Shown here piece by piece: positions 9,300 to 19,260 of a DNA stretch of 64,000 bases. The notes beneath the pieces were generated by a model that searched no databases, was not told the DNA's origin, and saw only the letters and a list, made by a program, of their open reading frames with translations. The translations under genes and the position numbers were made by a program. Location of the stretch: positions 1,403-65,402 of the forward strand of contig CACZCN010000014.1 of assembly GCA_902779665.1 (NCBI GenBank), in the 5' to 3' direction. Position 1 is the first letter of the stretch, and each line of letters opens with the position of its first letter. Source of the stretch: an uncultured Prevotellaceae bacterium. GTDB taxonomy: Bacteria; Bacteroidota; Bacteroidia; Bacteroidales; Bacteroidaceae.

Positions 9300-11042
9300 A
9301 TGGCAAATAACGCAGAACTCGTAGCTCAGTGCCGCGCAAAGGCACAAGAGTGGTTATCCCCTTCTTTCGATGAGAAGACACGCGCAGAAGTACAGGCTCT
9401 CCTTGATAATGAAGACCCAAGTGAACTCGTAGATGCATTCTATCAGAATCTTGAGTTTGGTACTGGTGGCCTCCGTGGTACTATGGGAGTAGGTACAAAC
9501 CGTATGAACAAATATATCGTGGCAATGGCTACACAGGGCTTCGCAAACTATGTGCTGAAGCAATTCCCTGGACGTAAGAATCTTGCTGCTGTAGTTGGTC
9601 ATGACTGTCGTAATAACGGACGTGACTATGCAGAGACCGTTGCAGCTATCTTCACAGCCAATGGCATCAAGGCATATCTTTTCGAGAGTCTCCGCCCTAC
9701 CCCAGAGATTTCATTCGCTATCCGTCAGCTTGGTGCACAGTGTGGTGTTAACGTGACAGCTTCTCACAACCCTAAGGAATACAATGGATATAAGGCTTAC
9801 TGGGAGGATGGTGCGCAGGTGCTCATGCCTCACGATACCGCTATCGTTGAAGAGGTGAAGAAGGTGAAGATCGAAGACGTGAAGTGGGATCTTAACCCTG
9901 ACCTTCTCCAGATTATCGGTGGTGAGATGGACTTCGACTATATGCAGGCTGTAAAGGAAGGTATGGTTGATCAGGATGTAATCCTCCGCAACAAGGACCT
10001 GAACATCGTATATTCAGCTATGCACGGCACAGGTCGTGTGCTCGTTCCTCTGTGTCTCCGCTCTTGGGGCTTCCAGAATATAAACGTTGTACCTGAGCAG
10101 ATGGTTGTTGACGGCAACTTCCCAACTGTAGTTTCTCCAAACCCGGAGAACCCAGAGGCTATGACACTCGGCATCAAGCTCGGAACAAAGCTAAATGCTG
10201 ATCTCGTGGTTGCTACCGACCCTGATGCTGACCGTCTTGCTATTGTATGTCGTAATGGAAAGGGTGAGTGGCAGATTCTTAACGGTAACCAGACTGCTTG
10301 TATGTTCTATTGGTACACTATCAAGAACAAGAAGGCTCTCGGACAGCTCAAGCCAACCGACTTCATGGTTAAGACAATCGTGACATCAGAGCTTATTGCT
10401 AAGATTGCAAAGGCAAACGGCGTTGAGTGCTTCGATGAATACACAGGTTTCAAGTGGATTGCATACCGCATCCGTGTAAACGAGGGTAAGCGTCAGTATA
10501 TCGGTGGTGGCGAAGAGTCATTCGGCTATCTTCCATATGACAAGGTTCGTGATAAGGACGCTCCTGCTTCTATCTGCTTGATTTGTGAGATTGCTGCATG
10601 GGCAAAGGATCAGGGCAAGACATTGTTTGACCTTCTTCTCGATATTTATAAGGAGTATGGTTTCCAGAAGGAAACAACAATCAATGTTGTTAAGCCAGGT
10701 AAGTCTGGTGCCGATGAAATCAAGGCTATGATGGAGAACTTCCGTCAGAACCCACCTCAGACAATTGCTGGCAGCAAGGTTGTTACTATCAAGGACTACA
10801 AGGTATTGAAGCGTACAGACAACGGTGTCGTGACAGACTTCGAGATGCCAACAACAAGCAACGTACTTCAGTGGTTCACAGAGGACGGTCTGAAAGTGAG
10901 CGTACGCCCATCAGGTACAGAGCCTAAGATTAAGTTCTACTGCGAGGTACCAGTACCAGGCAAGTTCGATGGCGACTATGTTGCTGCAACTGCTAAGGCT
11001 GATGCCCGTGTAGAGGAAATCAAGAAGGACCTTGGTTTGTAA
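9300..11042 (+). CDS. pgm: phosphoglucomutase / phosphomannomutase
   Basis: FGTGGLRG, TASHNP phosphoserine loop, DPDADR, GEESFG, RPSGTEPKIK. Confidence 0.95.
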   Translation: MANNAELVAQCRAKAQEWLSPSFDEKTRAEVQALLDNEDPSELVDAFYQNLEFGTGGLRGTMGVGTNRMNKYIVAMATQGFANYVLKQFPGRKNLAAVVGHDCRNNGRDYAETVAAIFTANGIKAYLFESLRPTPEISFAIRQLGAQCGVNVTASHNPKEYNGYKAYWEDGAQVLMPHDTAIVEEVKKVKIEDVKWDLNPDLLQIIGGEMDFDYMQAVKEGMVDQDVILRNKDLNIVYSAMHGTGRVLVPLCLRSWGFQNINVVPEQMVVDGNFPTVVSPNPENPEAMTLGIKLGTKLNADLVVATDPDADRLAIVCRNGKGEWQILNGNQTACMFYWYTIKNKKALGQLKPTDFMVKTIVTSELIAKIAKANGVECFDEYTGFKWIAYRIRVNEGKRQYIGGGEESFGYLPYDKVRDKDAPASICLICEIAAWAKDQGKTLFDLLLDIYKEYGFQKETTINVVKPGKSGADEIKAMMENFRQNPPQTIAGSKVVTIKDYKVLKRTDNGVVTDFEMPTTSNVLQWFTEDGLKVSVRPSGTEPKIKFYCEVPVPGKFDGDYVAATAKADARVEEIKKDLGL

Positions 11043-11071
11043 CCATCATAAAACAAACTATAAAACCGCGT

Positions 11072-11109
11072 GCCCGGCATCTGCAATATATTGCGGTGTC
11101 GGGCTTTTT
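11072..11109 (+). terminator. intrinsic terminator
   Basis: GCCCGGCATCTGCAAT/ATTGCGGTGTCGGGC stem followed by T run after pgm. Confidence 0.75.
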
Positions 11110-11127
11110 ATATGTTTTTAGAAAAAG

Positions 11128-12045
11128 ATGAAGAAAATTTCAAATAGTATATTGGAGATTTCCGTAGAAGAGCATGGTGCTGAACTTTCGAGTATCAGGT
11201 GCAACGGAAGAGAATATTTGTGGGGAGCATATCCTGAATTCTGGAAACGCCACTCTCCTATCCTGTTCCCTATTGTTGGTAGCGTATGGAATGGTCAGTA
11301 CATATCTCATGGGGAGACGTTTCAGATGGGACAGCATGGTCTTGCACGCGATATGGACTTTGCACTTGTGAGGGAAGAAACTGATTATCTGGAATATGAG
11401 CTGATTTCATCGGAGGAAACCCTAAGGAAATACCCCTACCCTTTTACCTTGCATATTGGATACAGGATTGAAGACAAAACTATTAGTGTGATATGGAAAG
11501 TCGAGAATCCATCGGGAAAAGACATGTATTTCCAAATCGGTGCACATCCAGCATTCTATTGGCCCTTTCTCTCCGATGAAACGGTTGAAAATGGCGTAGA
11601 GGCTATGAAGGCTGAACTTATAAAGAGCGATGAAAGGGGATTTTTCTATTTTCCTGAGAAACCTGCGGAGATTGTTCGCACACTAATTACCGAAGGTGGA
11701 TGTGTAGATATAGAAAAGAAACAGAGCATCAAGGTGGAGGACGGTTATTTGCCTCTTATCACCGAGACTTTTAATCATGACGCCCTTGTTCTTGAACATG
11801 ATCAGGTGCATGAGATTACCCTTTGTGACAATGACAAGAAGCCTTATCTCACCCTCTCATGGGATGCTCCTTTAGTCGGGCTTTGGTCACCTCCAGGCAA
11901 GAATGCACCATTTGTTTGCATTGAACCTTGGTATGGACGTGCAGATCGCGCCTATTTCAACGGTTGTTTTGAAGAAAAAGACTGGATACAGCACCTTGAT
12001 GGCTATGGTAAGTTTGAGGTTAGCTATAAGATAGCAATACATTAG
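11128..12045 (+). CDS. aldose 1-epimerase family protein (LacX-like)
   Basis: HSPILFP, QHGLARD, GAHPAF, FVCIEPW. Confidence 0.88.
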   Translation: MKKISNSILEISVEEHGAELSSIRCNGREYLWGAYPEFWKRHSPILFPIVGSVWNGQYISHGETFQMGQHGLARDMDFALVREETDYLEYELISSEETLRKYPYPFTLHIGYRIEDKTISVIWKVENPSGKDMYFQIGAHPAFYWPFLSDETVENGVEAMKAELIKSDERGFFYFPEKPAEIVRTLITEGGCVDIEKKQSIKVEDGYLPLITETFNHDALVLEHDQVHEITLCDNDKKPYLTLSWDAPLVGLWSPPGKNAPFVCIEPWYGRADRAYFNGCFEEKDWIQHLDGYGKFEVSYKIAIH

Positions 12046-12106
12046 AGCTACCTTTTCATACTCTTTGGACATTTTTTTCTACAATCTTTCTCGTAATCAG
12101 CTATCC

Positions 12107-12133
12107 CTTCCCCCTCCTGACGGTGGAAGGGAT
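12107..12133. terminator. hairpin between convergent genes
   Basis: TATCCCTTCC...GGAAGGGATA stem. Confidence 0.6.
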
Positions 12134-12143
12134 AAGTTTTGAT

Positions 12144-12875
12144 TTAGGAATTGGTTAGCCTTGCCAAATAATCATAATGTTCCCCTTCTGCTATCAACTC
12201 AGCATGAAGTCCGTTGGCTTCGGCTATTGCAGAAAGTAAAGGATAGTCAACATAGAGCCAGTCGAAAGGTTCTCCTTCAATATCCTTATATATCATCTGA
12301 TAGTCAACTTCTCCGTAATAGTTTCCGTTAAGGTCGATATCGAAAGAGCCATCCTCATTCTCGTAGATATATTTGAGATCAGAAGAGTCTATAAGTATCT
12401 GTCCATCAGATGCAAGGAGTTCTTTTTGTCGTTTGAAAAGCTTTGGAAGGTTACATATTTTTCCAGCTATTCCTGTGCCATTCATCAGCAATAGAATGGT
12501 ATCAAACTTTCCTTTGATTCTCTCGTCAAAGAGATTGACACATTGTACTTTACTTATACCACGTTTAATCATTGCCTCACAGCTCAGAGGCGAGATGTCG
12601 ATAGCTGTAACATCCTTTTTCTGTTTTTGTAAGACAAGGGCATGACATCCAGCCCCAGCTCCGACATCCAGAATCTTTCCTCTTGACAAATCAAGTGCCT
12701 TTCTCTCAAGCTTTGGCATCTCACGCAGGCTGCGGAAAAGATGTGAGACTGGCATTTCATCTTCCTCGAACATGGAAGACAGTATGCGCAAGGTATCTGC
12801 CTTACCTGTGGTCAGGAAGTCGAGAATAGCCGCACCCATCGGGTCTTTGCCCTTTGATAATATAGTATTTATCAT
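12144..12875 (-). CDS. class I SAM-dependent methyltransferase
   Basis: ILDVGAGAG motif I; FDTILLLMNG. Confidence 0.9.
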   Translation of the reverse strand: MINTILSKGKDPMGAAILDFLTTGKADTLRILSSMFEEDEMPVSHLFRSLREMPKLERKALDLSRGKILDVGAGAGCHALVLQKQKKDVTAIDISPLSCEAMIKRGISKVQCVNLFDERIKGKFDTILLLMNGTGIAGKICNLPKLFKRQKELLASDGQILIDSSDLKYIYENEDGSFDIDLNGNYYGEVDYQMIYKDIEGEPFDWLYVDYPLLSAIAEANGLHAELIAEGEHYDYLARLTNS

Positions 12876-14273
12876 TTATAATCTGCTAACTTTTGAACGG
12901 AATTCGAAATAGAAAAGGAAACCTGCCGTAGTGAGTCCGAATGGCATTCCCATCCACACTCCTACTCCCCCCCAACCGAATATGAAGGCGAAGATATAGC
13001 TGAGTGGAATACCGACTATAACATACGAGATGAAAGCGTAAAGCATCAGTTTCTTCACTTCCTCTATACCTCTGAGAGCATTGGCAAAGGTTATCTGCAT
13101 ACAGTCACCAAACTGATATATGAAGAAGCACGGTATGAGTGATATTACCACAGAAACGACATCCTCGCTTGTCGTGAAGCATGAAACAAGCGGATAACGG
13201 AATATCTGTATCATCCCTATCATCATAAGGATTAGCGTTATACCGATAATGAATGCCGTATTTGCCGTTCTACGAACATTATGCCAATCACCAACTCCAC
13301 GAAATTGGCTTATCAACACACTTGCTGCAGCTCCAATGCCATAAACAATCTGAAAACAGAGCGTTGAAATCGTACACATTATTTGATGAGCAGCAAGTGG
13401 TATTGCACCAAGCCACCCCATAAATATAGCACAGATATTAAATGAAGATGCTTCCAAACCGAGTTGTATGCTGATCGGGAATCCGAGCAACAGCAAGTGT
13501 TTCATCCTGTGCATTTCTGGGCGTGTATTGACAGAAGGCTTTAATTCTTTGTATTTCTTCATCCTTGCAATAGCTATGAGAAGTGCGACAACGGCAAGAA
13601 TACGTGAAACGAGTGTTGCAATACCTGCACCAAAGAGACCTAAGGCATCAATTGAGAATTGATAATTGAAAATTGATAATTCAAGACCGAAGATCAATGA
13701 CAAGTTGAGAAGAATATTGAATGCATTTGCACCAAGCATTATCCACATTGGGATTTTCGTTTCTCCTACTGCATCTGAATATTGCTTTAGCGCGTTGAAT
13801 ACAGCCATAAAAGGCATTGAGGCTGTGATGAGGAGGAAATAAGGCAGAGCATATGGCATTATCTCCTCTGGTTGTTGCAGAATGCCGATGTTATGATAGA
13901 GCAACAATAGCAAAGCCACGATGACGAGGCTAAACAGAAAATTGACAACGATGCTATCAACAAGCGACTGAGCAACTGCCTTATAGCCTTTTTGACCGTA
14001 TGATGCTCCGATAACAGGTGTTGAGGCATACGAGATACCAAGCATGAAATAGATGACAAAGTTGAAGACATTGTTCACAAACCCGGCAGCGGCAAGTTCC
14101 ATTGTCCCATACTGCCCTACCATTATAGTATCAGCAAACTGCTGTGCTATAGAGCCTAACTGCCCTATGATGATAGGAATACCAAGTTTTATTATAGACT
14201 GAGCTATATACGACTCACCCCATAATCGCCATAGGAAAGCGGATAGATTGGTATTGGGTAATCTTCTAAACAT
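12876..14273 (-). CDS. MATE family efflux transporter
   Basis: About 12 TM segments; ADTIMVGQYG, LGFPISIQLGLE, AAHQI. Confidence 0.92.
   Translation of the reverse strand: MFRRLPNTNLSAFLWRLWGESYIAQSIIKLGIPIIIGQLGSIAQQFADTIMVGQYGTMELAAAGFVNNVFNFVIYFMLGISYASTPVIGASYGQKGYKAVAQSLVDSIVVNFLFSLVIVALLLLLYHNIGILQQPEEIMPYALPYFLLITASMPFMAVFNALKQYSDAVGETKIPMWIMLGANAFNILLNLSLIFGLELSIFNYQFSIDALGLFGAGIATLVSRILAVVALLIAIARMKKYKELKPSVNTRPEMHRMKHLLLLGFPISIQLGLEASSFNICAIFMGWLGAIPLAAHQIMCTISTLCFQIVYGIGAAASVLISQFRGVGDWHNVRRTANTAFIIGITLILMMIGMIQIFRYPLVSCFTTSEDVVSVVISLIPCFFIYQFGDCMQITFANALRGIEEVKKLMLYAFISYVIVGIPLSYIFAFIFGWGGVGVWMGMPFGLTTAGFLFYFEFRSKVSRL
13650..13684. repeat. heptamer tandem repeat inside the MATE CDS
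   Basis: AATTGAG AATTGAT AATTGAA AATTGAT AATTCAA, read as ELSIFNYQFSI in the protein. Confidence 0.75.
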
Positions 14274-14290
14274 CTATTTATTCACAATGT

Positions 14291-14322
14291 AAAAGCCCGT
14301 CACCATTATGATGACGAGCCTC
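14291..14322 (-). terminator. intrinsic terminator after acd
   Basis: On - strand GGCTCGTCATCAT...ATGGTGACGGGCTTTT. Confidence 0.65.
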
Positions 14323-14353
14323 TACTATTGTCTATTTCTTAAATTGGTTGGAT

Positions 14354-16108
14354 TTACTTGCGATAGTCAGCCAGATCATCAGCAGAAGCACTCATTACGA
14401 AACTGTAATGACGCTCAATCTCTGATGCTGCATAACGATTATATACCTTAGCAGACTCATTGAAGAGCTCTGGAGCTCTGCTTGCATCACCGATGAGAAG
14501 AAGTGACATGATGATGTCAGCAGCCATCTCGTAGAGGTGGCGGATAACGAAATCCTTGAATTCATCGTTCTTCTGAGCGTTTACGTAAGCAACAGCCTCG
14601 TTGTACTTCTCTGCCATCTTAGCGCACTTCTCCTTGAGTGGGAGATACTCAGCTGCGCACCAGTCGTCAGAACCGATGTTTGCAGGAGCCTGACCGCTCT
14701 GGAGCATATCAGCTATAACAGTTCCATAGAAACCGTTTGTGATATAACGGCCGGCAGCAACAGTCTGAAGCTGTGTTGTACCCTCATAGATAGAAAGGAT
14801 ACGAGCATCACGATACAGACGCTGACAAGCATACTCAAGCATGAAGCCAGAACCGCCATGAACCTGAATGCCATCGTATGTATTCTGGTTAGCATACTCA
14901 GAAGTCATACCCTTGGCAACTGGTGTGAAGGCGTCAGCAAGCTTAGAGAATGTCTTGCACTCATTGCGCTCCTCTGGAGTGAGCTTGTCGCCAACAGCCT
15001 TACGCTCGCGCTCGATGTCCTCAAGAATCTTATATACGTCAACGTAACGGCTTGTAGCATAGAGCAATGAACGTCCTGCATCAAGCTTTGCTTTCATGAT
15101 TGAAAGCATATCATAAACAGCAGGGAACTCGATGATTGCCTTACCGAACTGCTTACGCTCTTTAGCGTATGCAAGAGCCTCGTTATATGCCATCTGAGAT
15201 ACACCTGTGCTCTGACCAGCGATACCAAGACGAGCACCGTTCATCAAGCCCATAACGTACTTGATAAGTCCCATCTTACGATCACCGCAAAGCTCTGCCT
15301 TTGCGTTCTTATAAACAAGCTCACAGGTTGGAGAACCGTGAATACCGAGCTTGTTCTCAAGACGACGAACATCTACACCACCCTGGTTCTTGTCATAGAT
15401 GAACATAGAAAGACCACGACCGTCGCGTGTGCCTTCCTCTGAACGAGCAAGTACGAGGTGGATGTCTGAGTCACCGTTGGTGATGAAGCGCTTACAGCCA
15501 TTCAGACGCCAGCAGTCCTCCTTTTCGTCGTATGTAGCCTTGAGCATAACGCTCTGGAGGTCAGAACCTGCGTCTGGCTCTGTGAGGTCCATTGACATTG
15601 TCTGTCCCTCGCAGACACGTGGAACGAAACGCTGACGCTGATCCTCGTTACCGAACTCATAGAGAGTCTCGATACAGTCCTGAAGTGACCAGATATTCTC
15701 GAAACCTGTATCAGCTGTTGCAACCATCTCATTGATAGCGCCATATACTGACATTGGGAAGTTAAGACCGCCGTAACGACGTGGCATTGTAACACCGTTA
15801 AGACCAGCCTTGATTGTCGCGTCAAGGTTTTCATAGGTCTTTGAAGCGTAGATCATGCGGTTGTTCTCAAGATGAGGACCTTCTGCATCAACAGCCTCTG
15901 CATTAGGTGCTACGACATTAGCCATTACGTCACCTGCAAGTTCGAGCACGCGCTCGTAGTTGTCCATTGCATCCTCGAAGTTCTCAGGAGCATAGTCATA
16001 CTTATCCTTGTCGGCGAAATTACGTTCTTTCAGTTCTACAATATGCTTAATCAGCGGATGAGTGAGGTAGAACTTGATATTTGGATTGTCTGTATAGAAA
16101 TTTGCCAT
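14354..16108 (-). CDS. acyl-CoA dehydrogenase
   Basis: MDLTEPDAGSD, FITNG, KLGIHGSPT, QVHGGSGF, SIYEGT; third gene of etfBA-acd operon. Confidence 0.95.
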   Translation of the reverse strand: MANFYTDNPNIKFYLTHPLIKHIVELKERNFADKDKYDYAPENFEDAMDNYERVLELAGDVMANVVAPNAEAVDAEGPHLENNRMIYASKTYENLDATIKAGLNGVTMPRRYGGLNFPMSVYGAINEMVATADTGFENIWSLQDCIETLYEFGNEDQRQRFVPRVCEGQTMSMDLTEPDAGSDLQSVMLKATYDEKEDCWRLNGCKRFITNGDSDIHLVLARSEEGTRDGRGLSMFIYDKNQGGVDVRRLENKLGIHGSPTCELVYKNAKAELCGDRKMGLIKYVMGLMNGARLGIAGQSTGVSQMAYNEALAYAKERKQFGKAIIEFPAVYDMLSIMKAKLDAGRSLLYATSRYVDVYKILEDIERERKAVGDKLTPEERNECKTFSKLADAFTPVAKGMTSEYANQNTYDGIQVHGGSGFMLEYACQRLYRDARILSIYEGTTQLQTVAAGRYITNGFYGTVIADMLQSGQAPANIGSDDWCAAEYLPLKEKCAKMAEKYNEAVAYVNAQKNDEFKDFVIRHLYEMAADIIMSLLLIGDASRAPELFNESAKVYNRYAASEIERHYSFVMSASADDLADYRK

Positions 16109-16109
16109 T

Positions 16110-17150
16110 TTACTTATTATTCTCCTTATAATACTTAATCAGCTTTGGAACTACCTCTTCCACTGTGCCATTGATTACATAGTCAGCGATTGTGTTGATT
16201 GGTGCATCAGGATCGCTGTTTACAGAGATGATGATACCTGCGTCCTGCATACCGGCAATATGCTGAATCTGACCAGAGATACCGCAAGCGATATAAACCT
16301 TTGGACGAACTGTAACACCTGTCTGACCAATCTGACGATCGTGGTCAATCCAGCCTGCATCAACAGCTGCACGAGAAGCGCCTACTTCTGCGTGAAGTTC
16401 CTTTGCAAGTTCGAAAAGCATATTAAAGCCTTCCTTTGAACCAACGCCATAACCTCCTGCTACAACGATAGATGCGCCCTTTAGGTTATGCTTTGCCTGC
16501 TCAACGTGACGGTCGAGAACCTTTACTACATACTCAGTCTCTGGCACGTACTTTGCAACGTCGTGACGGATAACCTCAGCCTTGTAGTTTTCATCAAGAA
16601 CTTCCTTCTTCATCACGCCCTCACGAACAGTTGCCATCTGTGGGCGATGCTCTGGGTTTACGATAGTAGCAACGATGTTACCACCGAAAGCTGGACGAAT
16701 TTGGTAAAGCTGCTGCTCATAGTGCTTGTTTACAAGCTCACCAGCCTCATTCTTCACCTTCATGTCGAAGTCGCCAATCTCAAGTTCTGTACAGTCGGCA
16801 GTAAGACCGCTGAAAAGAGCAGAGCTAACACGAGGACCGAGGTCACGACCGATAACGGTAGCACCCATAAGGCAGATCTGTGGCTTCTCCTCCTTGAAGA
16901 GATTAACTACGAGAGCTGTGTGAGGGTTTGATGTGTATGGGAAAAGGCCCTCTGCATCAAATACGTGAACCTTATCAACACCATATTTAATAACCTGATT
17001 CTCAACGCCGTCAAGGCCAGAACCAGCAATAATACATTCCAACTGAACGCCAAGAGTATTGGCAAGCTTGCGACCCTTAGTAAGGAGTTCAAGAGCAACA
17101 TCCTTTACGGTTGTGCCTTCAATTTCGCAATATACAAATACGTTATTCAT
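16110..17150 (-). CDS. etfA: electron transfer flavoprotein alpha subunit
   Basis: RPAFGGN, ASRAAVDAGW, QIGQTG, GISGQIQH. Confidence 0.96.
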   Translation of the reverse strand: MNNVFVYCEIEGTTVKDVALELLTKGRKLANTLGVQLECIIAGSGLDGVENQVIKYGVDKVHVFDAEGLFPYTSNPHTALVVNLFKEEKPQICLMGATVIGRDLGPRVSSALFSGLTADCTELEIGDFDMKVKNEAGELVNKHYEQQLYQIRPAFGGNIVATIVNPEHRPQMATVREGVMKKEVLDENYKAEVIRHDVAKYVPETEYVVKVLDRHVEQAKHNLKGASIVVAGGYGVGSKEGFNMLFELAKELHAEVGASRAAVDAGWIDHDRQIGQTGVTVRPKVYIACGISGQIQHIAGMQDAGIIISVNSDPDAPINTIADYVINGTVEEVVPKLIKYYKENNK

Positions 17151-17152
17151 AA

Positions 17153-18034
17153 TTAACCAATAATCTTCTCGTTAATAAGTTCAACAATAAGGTTGTTGAT
17201 GTCCTCGTCAGAACCAGTAAGTGTACGTGACTCTTTAGCCTTGAACACGATGTTCTTAACAGCCTTCACATTGGTTGGAGAACCTGCCTTACCAATCTGC
17301 TTTGGATCGCAGTCAATATCTGCAGCACCCCACTGTGTGATGTCGAGGTATGGCTTGCGAGCGATAAGCTCTGCATATGCCTCCTGCTCTTCTGCGCTAC
17401 GCTCAGCAGCAACAGTTGCCTTCTTGTACTTCATAACGCGCTTAGCATTACGTGGTCGACAAGGAGCAGCACTACCGTTTACTGTAACAACAAGTGGAAG
17501 TGGAGCCTCTACGGTCTCAACACCACCGTCGATATGACGCTTGATGACAATTTTTCTTGCGGTCTCATCGAGAGAAATGATTTCCTCAGCGTATGTAACC
17601 TGAGTAAGACCGAGTTTCTCTGCAATCTGTGGACCTACCTGAGCGGTATCACCATCAATAGCTTGACGACCACCGAGGATAATATCAAACTCACCAATCT
17701 TCTTGATTGCCTGTGCGAGGGTGTATGATGTAGCAAGTGTATCAGCACCACCGAGAGGGCGGTCAGTTACTACATAACCTTTGTCTGCACCACGGTAGAG
17801 AGCCTCACGGATCACCTCAGCAGACTTAGGAAGTCCCATTGTTACGACAGAGATAGTAGAACCAGGGAATTGCTCCTTAAGGCGAAGAGCCTGCTCAAGA
17901 GCGTTGAGGTCCTCTGGGTTGAAGACAGCTGGCAAGGCAGAACGGTTGATGGTTCCTTCTGGAGTCATCGCATCCGGTCCTACGTTGTGAGTGTCAGGTA
18001 CCTGCTTTGCAAGTACAACAATTTTCAAACTCAT
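17153..18034 (-). CDS. etfB: electron transfer flavoprotein beta subunit
   Basis: KQVPDT, NPEDLNALE, GADTLATS, GRQAIDGDTAQVG. Confidence 0.96.
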   Translation of the reverse strand: MSLKIVVLAKQVPDTHNVGPDAMTPEGTINRSALPAVFNPEDLNALEQALRLKEQFPGSTISVVTMGLPKSAEVIREALYRGADKGYVVTDRPLGGADTLATSYTLAQAIKKIGEFDIILGGRQAIDGDTAQVGPQIAEKLGLTQVTYAEEIISLDETARKIVIKRHIDGGVETVEAPLPLVVTVNGSAAPCRPRNAKRVMKYKKATVAAERSAEEQEAYAELIARKPYLDITQWGAADIDCDPKQIGKAGSPTNVKAVKNIVFKAKESRTLTGSDEDINNLIVELINEKIIG

Positions 18035-18090
18035 TCGATTTTCCTTTTTGTTTAAGTTATATTGTTATTGTTACTTTTCAAAAAACGATG

Positions 18091-18098
18091 CAAAGATA
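18091..18098 (-). promoter_or_regulatory. -7 promoter box TATCTTTG for the etf operon
   Basis: Reverse complement of CAAAGATA, followed by CATC. Confidence 0.65.
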
Positions 18099-18170
18099 AT
18101 AAAAAATATCTGGAAAACAAAGAGAAAATGCCTAAAAGATTTCTAAAATAACATTAAAAATGAACCTATA

Positions 18171-18268
18171 CTCCTACGAAGCTCTTATGTTGCTCTTAAC
18201 CAAACTCGGTGGTGCTCTTATTAGAAATGGGACTTACAACGGATTAGCAACGGACTTACAACGGTATT
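18171..18268. repeat. 11-bp-period array
   Basis: CTCCTA/CTCTTA at 18171, 18182, 18193, 18215; CGG at 18240, 18251, 18262 (GGACTTACAAC units). Confidence 0.75.
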
Positions 18269-18303
18269 TATTTGAGTGTATGAGAGAAATAGGAAAAATG
18301 TCT

Positions 18304-18792
18304 CTATTTTATTCTCATCAGGCATAAATGGGTAGAATCATTGTCAAGACACATAAAATGTGCGGTTGTATAACCTAAAGTCCCACTTGGACATTCCTTA
18401 AATGTCACTTGATATTTTCCATGTAGAGGGTGTGAGGGAGCATCAATATAAATAGAATCTGGATTATTAGAAATGACATTCCAAATATTTTTATCAGGGA
18501 AAGCGTCACCAAATATTAAATTCAAATCAGTATTATATTGAAAATCTATTGACCCTAAAGACGGGAGGTGTATTCTATTTTGATATATTTGCATATACCC
18601 ACACAATCTAGAAATTTCATAAAATCTATCTATTGACGACAAATCCGGCACCAATTCGTATAATCCCTGCATCTTTGGATAAAGCGTAGAATGAACCAAC
18701 TTATATCTGTTCCAATATCGATATATTCCCAAGACAAGGAGAATGGCAAGTAAGATGAATATGAACATCTTGAATATCTGTTTTTTAGACAT
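18304..18792 (-). CDS. hypothetical membrane-anchored protein, AT-rich
   Basis: 162-aa ORF with N-terminal TM helix, directly after crcB. Confidence 0.65.
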   Translation of the reverse strand: MSKKQIFKMFIFILLAILLVLGIYRYWNRYKLVHSTLYPKMQGLYELVPDLSSIDRFYEISRLCGYMQIYQNRIHLPSLGSIDFQYNTDLNLIFGDAFPDKNIWNVISNNPDSIYIDAPSHPLHGKYQVTFKECPSGTLGYTTAHFMCLDNDSTHLCLMRIK

Positions 18793-18800
18793 ATCGCAGA

Positions 18801-19154
18801 TTATCGAACAACATTATACCCAATCCACACACATGCAAGTCCAAGTACAAGACTTACAACCATATATGAAAGCGCAACAAATAGCTGTCCACCCCTCAGC
18901 ATGAAGAAACTCTCGTTCATGAATGTAGAGAACGTGGTGAAGCCTCCACAGAAACCAGTAGTTAGCAATAGTTTCATCTGCGTATCTCCAGGAGAAAGCT
19001 TTGTTAGCAATCCAAGAAGAAAGCATCCAAGAAGATTACAAATCAATGTGCCATAAGGATGCAGAACGTTTAACCAACTGCTTAGTGCCCAACGACAGAC
19101 ACCTCCAAGGCCGGAGCCAAGAAAAACCATACATGTATAAACTATCATTTGCAA
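18801..19154 (-). CDS. crcB: fluoride channel Fluc/CrcB
   Basis: GGVCRW, GTLICN, GFCGGFTTFSTF. Confidence 0.95.
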   Translation of the reverse strand: MQMIVYTCMVFLGSGLGGVCRWALSSWLNVLHPYGTLICNLLGCFLLGLLTKLSPGDTQMKLLLTTGFCGGFTTFSTFMNESFFMLRGGQLFVALSYMVVSLVLGLACVWIGYNVVR

Positions 19155-19171
19155 TAAACAATTAAATAAAA

Positions 19172-19255
19172 AAATGAAAAGTGAAAAATAAACAATGGAT
19201 AATACTAATTTCAGAATCTGTATTTTCTCATTTGTTTATTTTTTCACTTTTCATT
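19172..19255. repeat. AT-rich inverted repeat with 7-bp period
   Basis: AATGAAAAGTGAAAAATAAACAA versus TTGTTTATTTTTTCACTTTTCATT. Confidence 0.7.
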
Positions 19256-19260
19256 TACTA

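Noticed and set aside
14537-17101. Long antisense ORFs opposite acd/etfA (for example 14537-15070, 16488-16931)
   Set aside because: Shadows of strongly codon-biased genes; no motifs.
19155-19260. Fluoride riboswitch upstream of crcB
   Set aside because: The region is an AT-rich inverted repeat with no GGCGATGG-type core.
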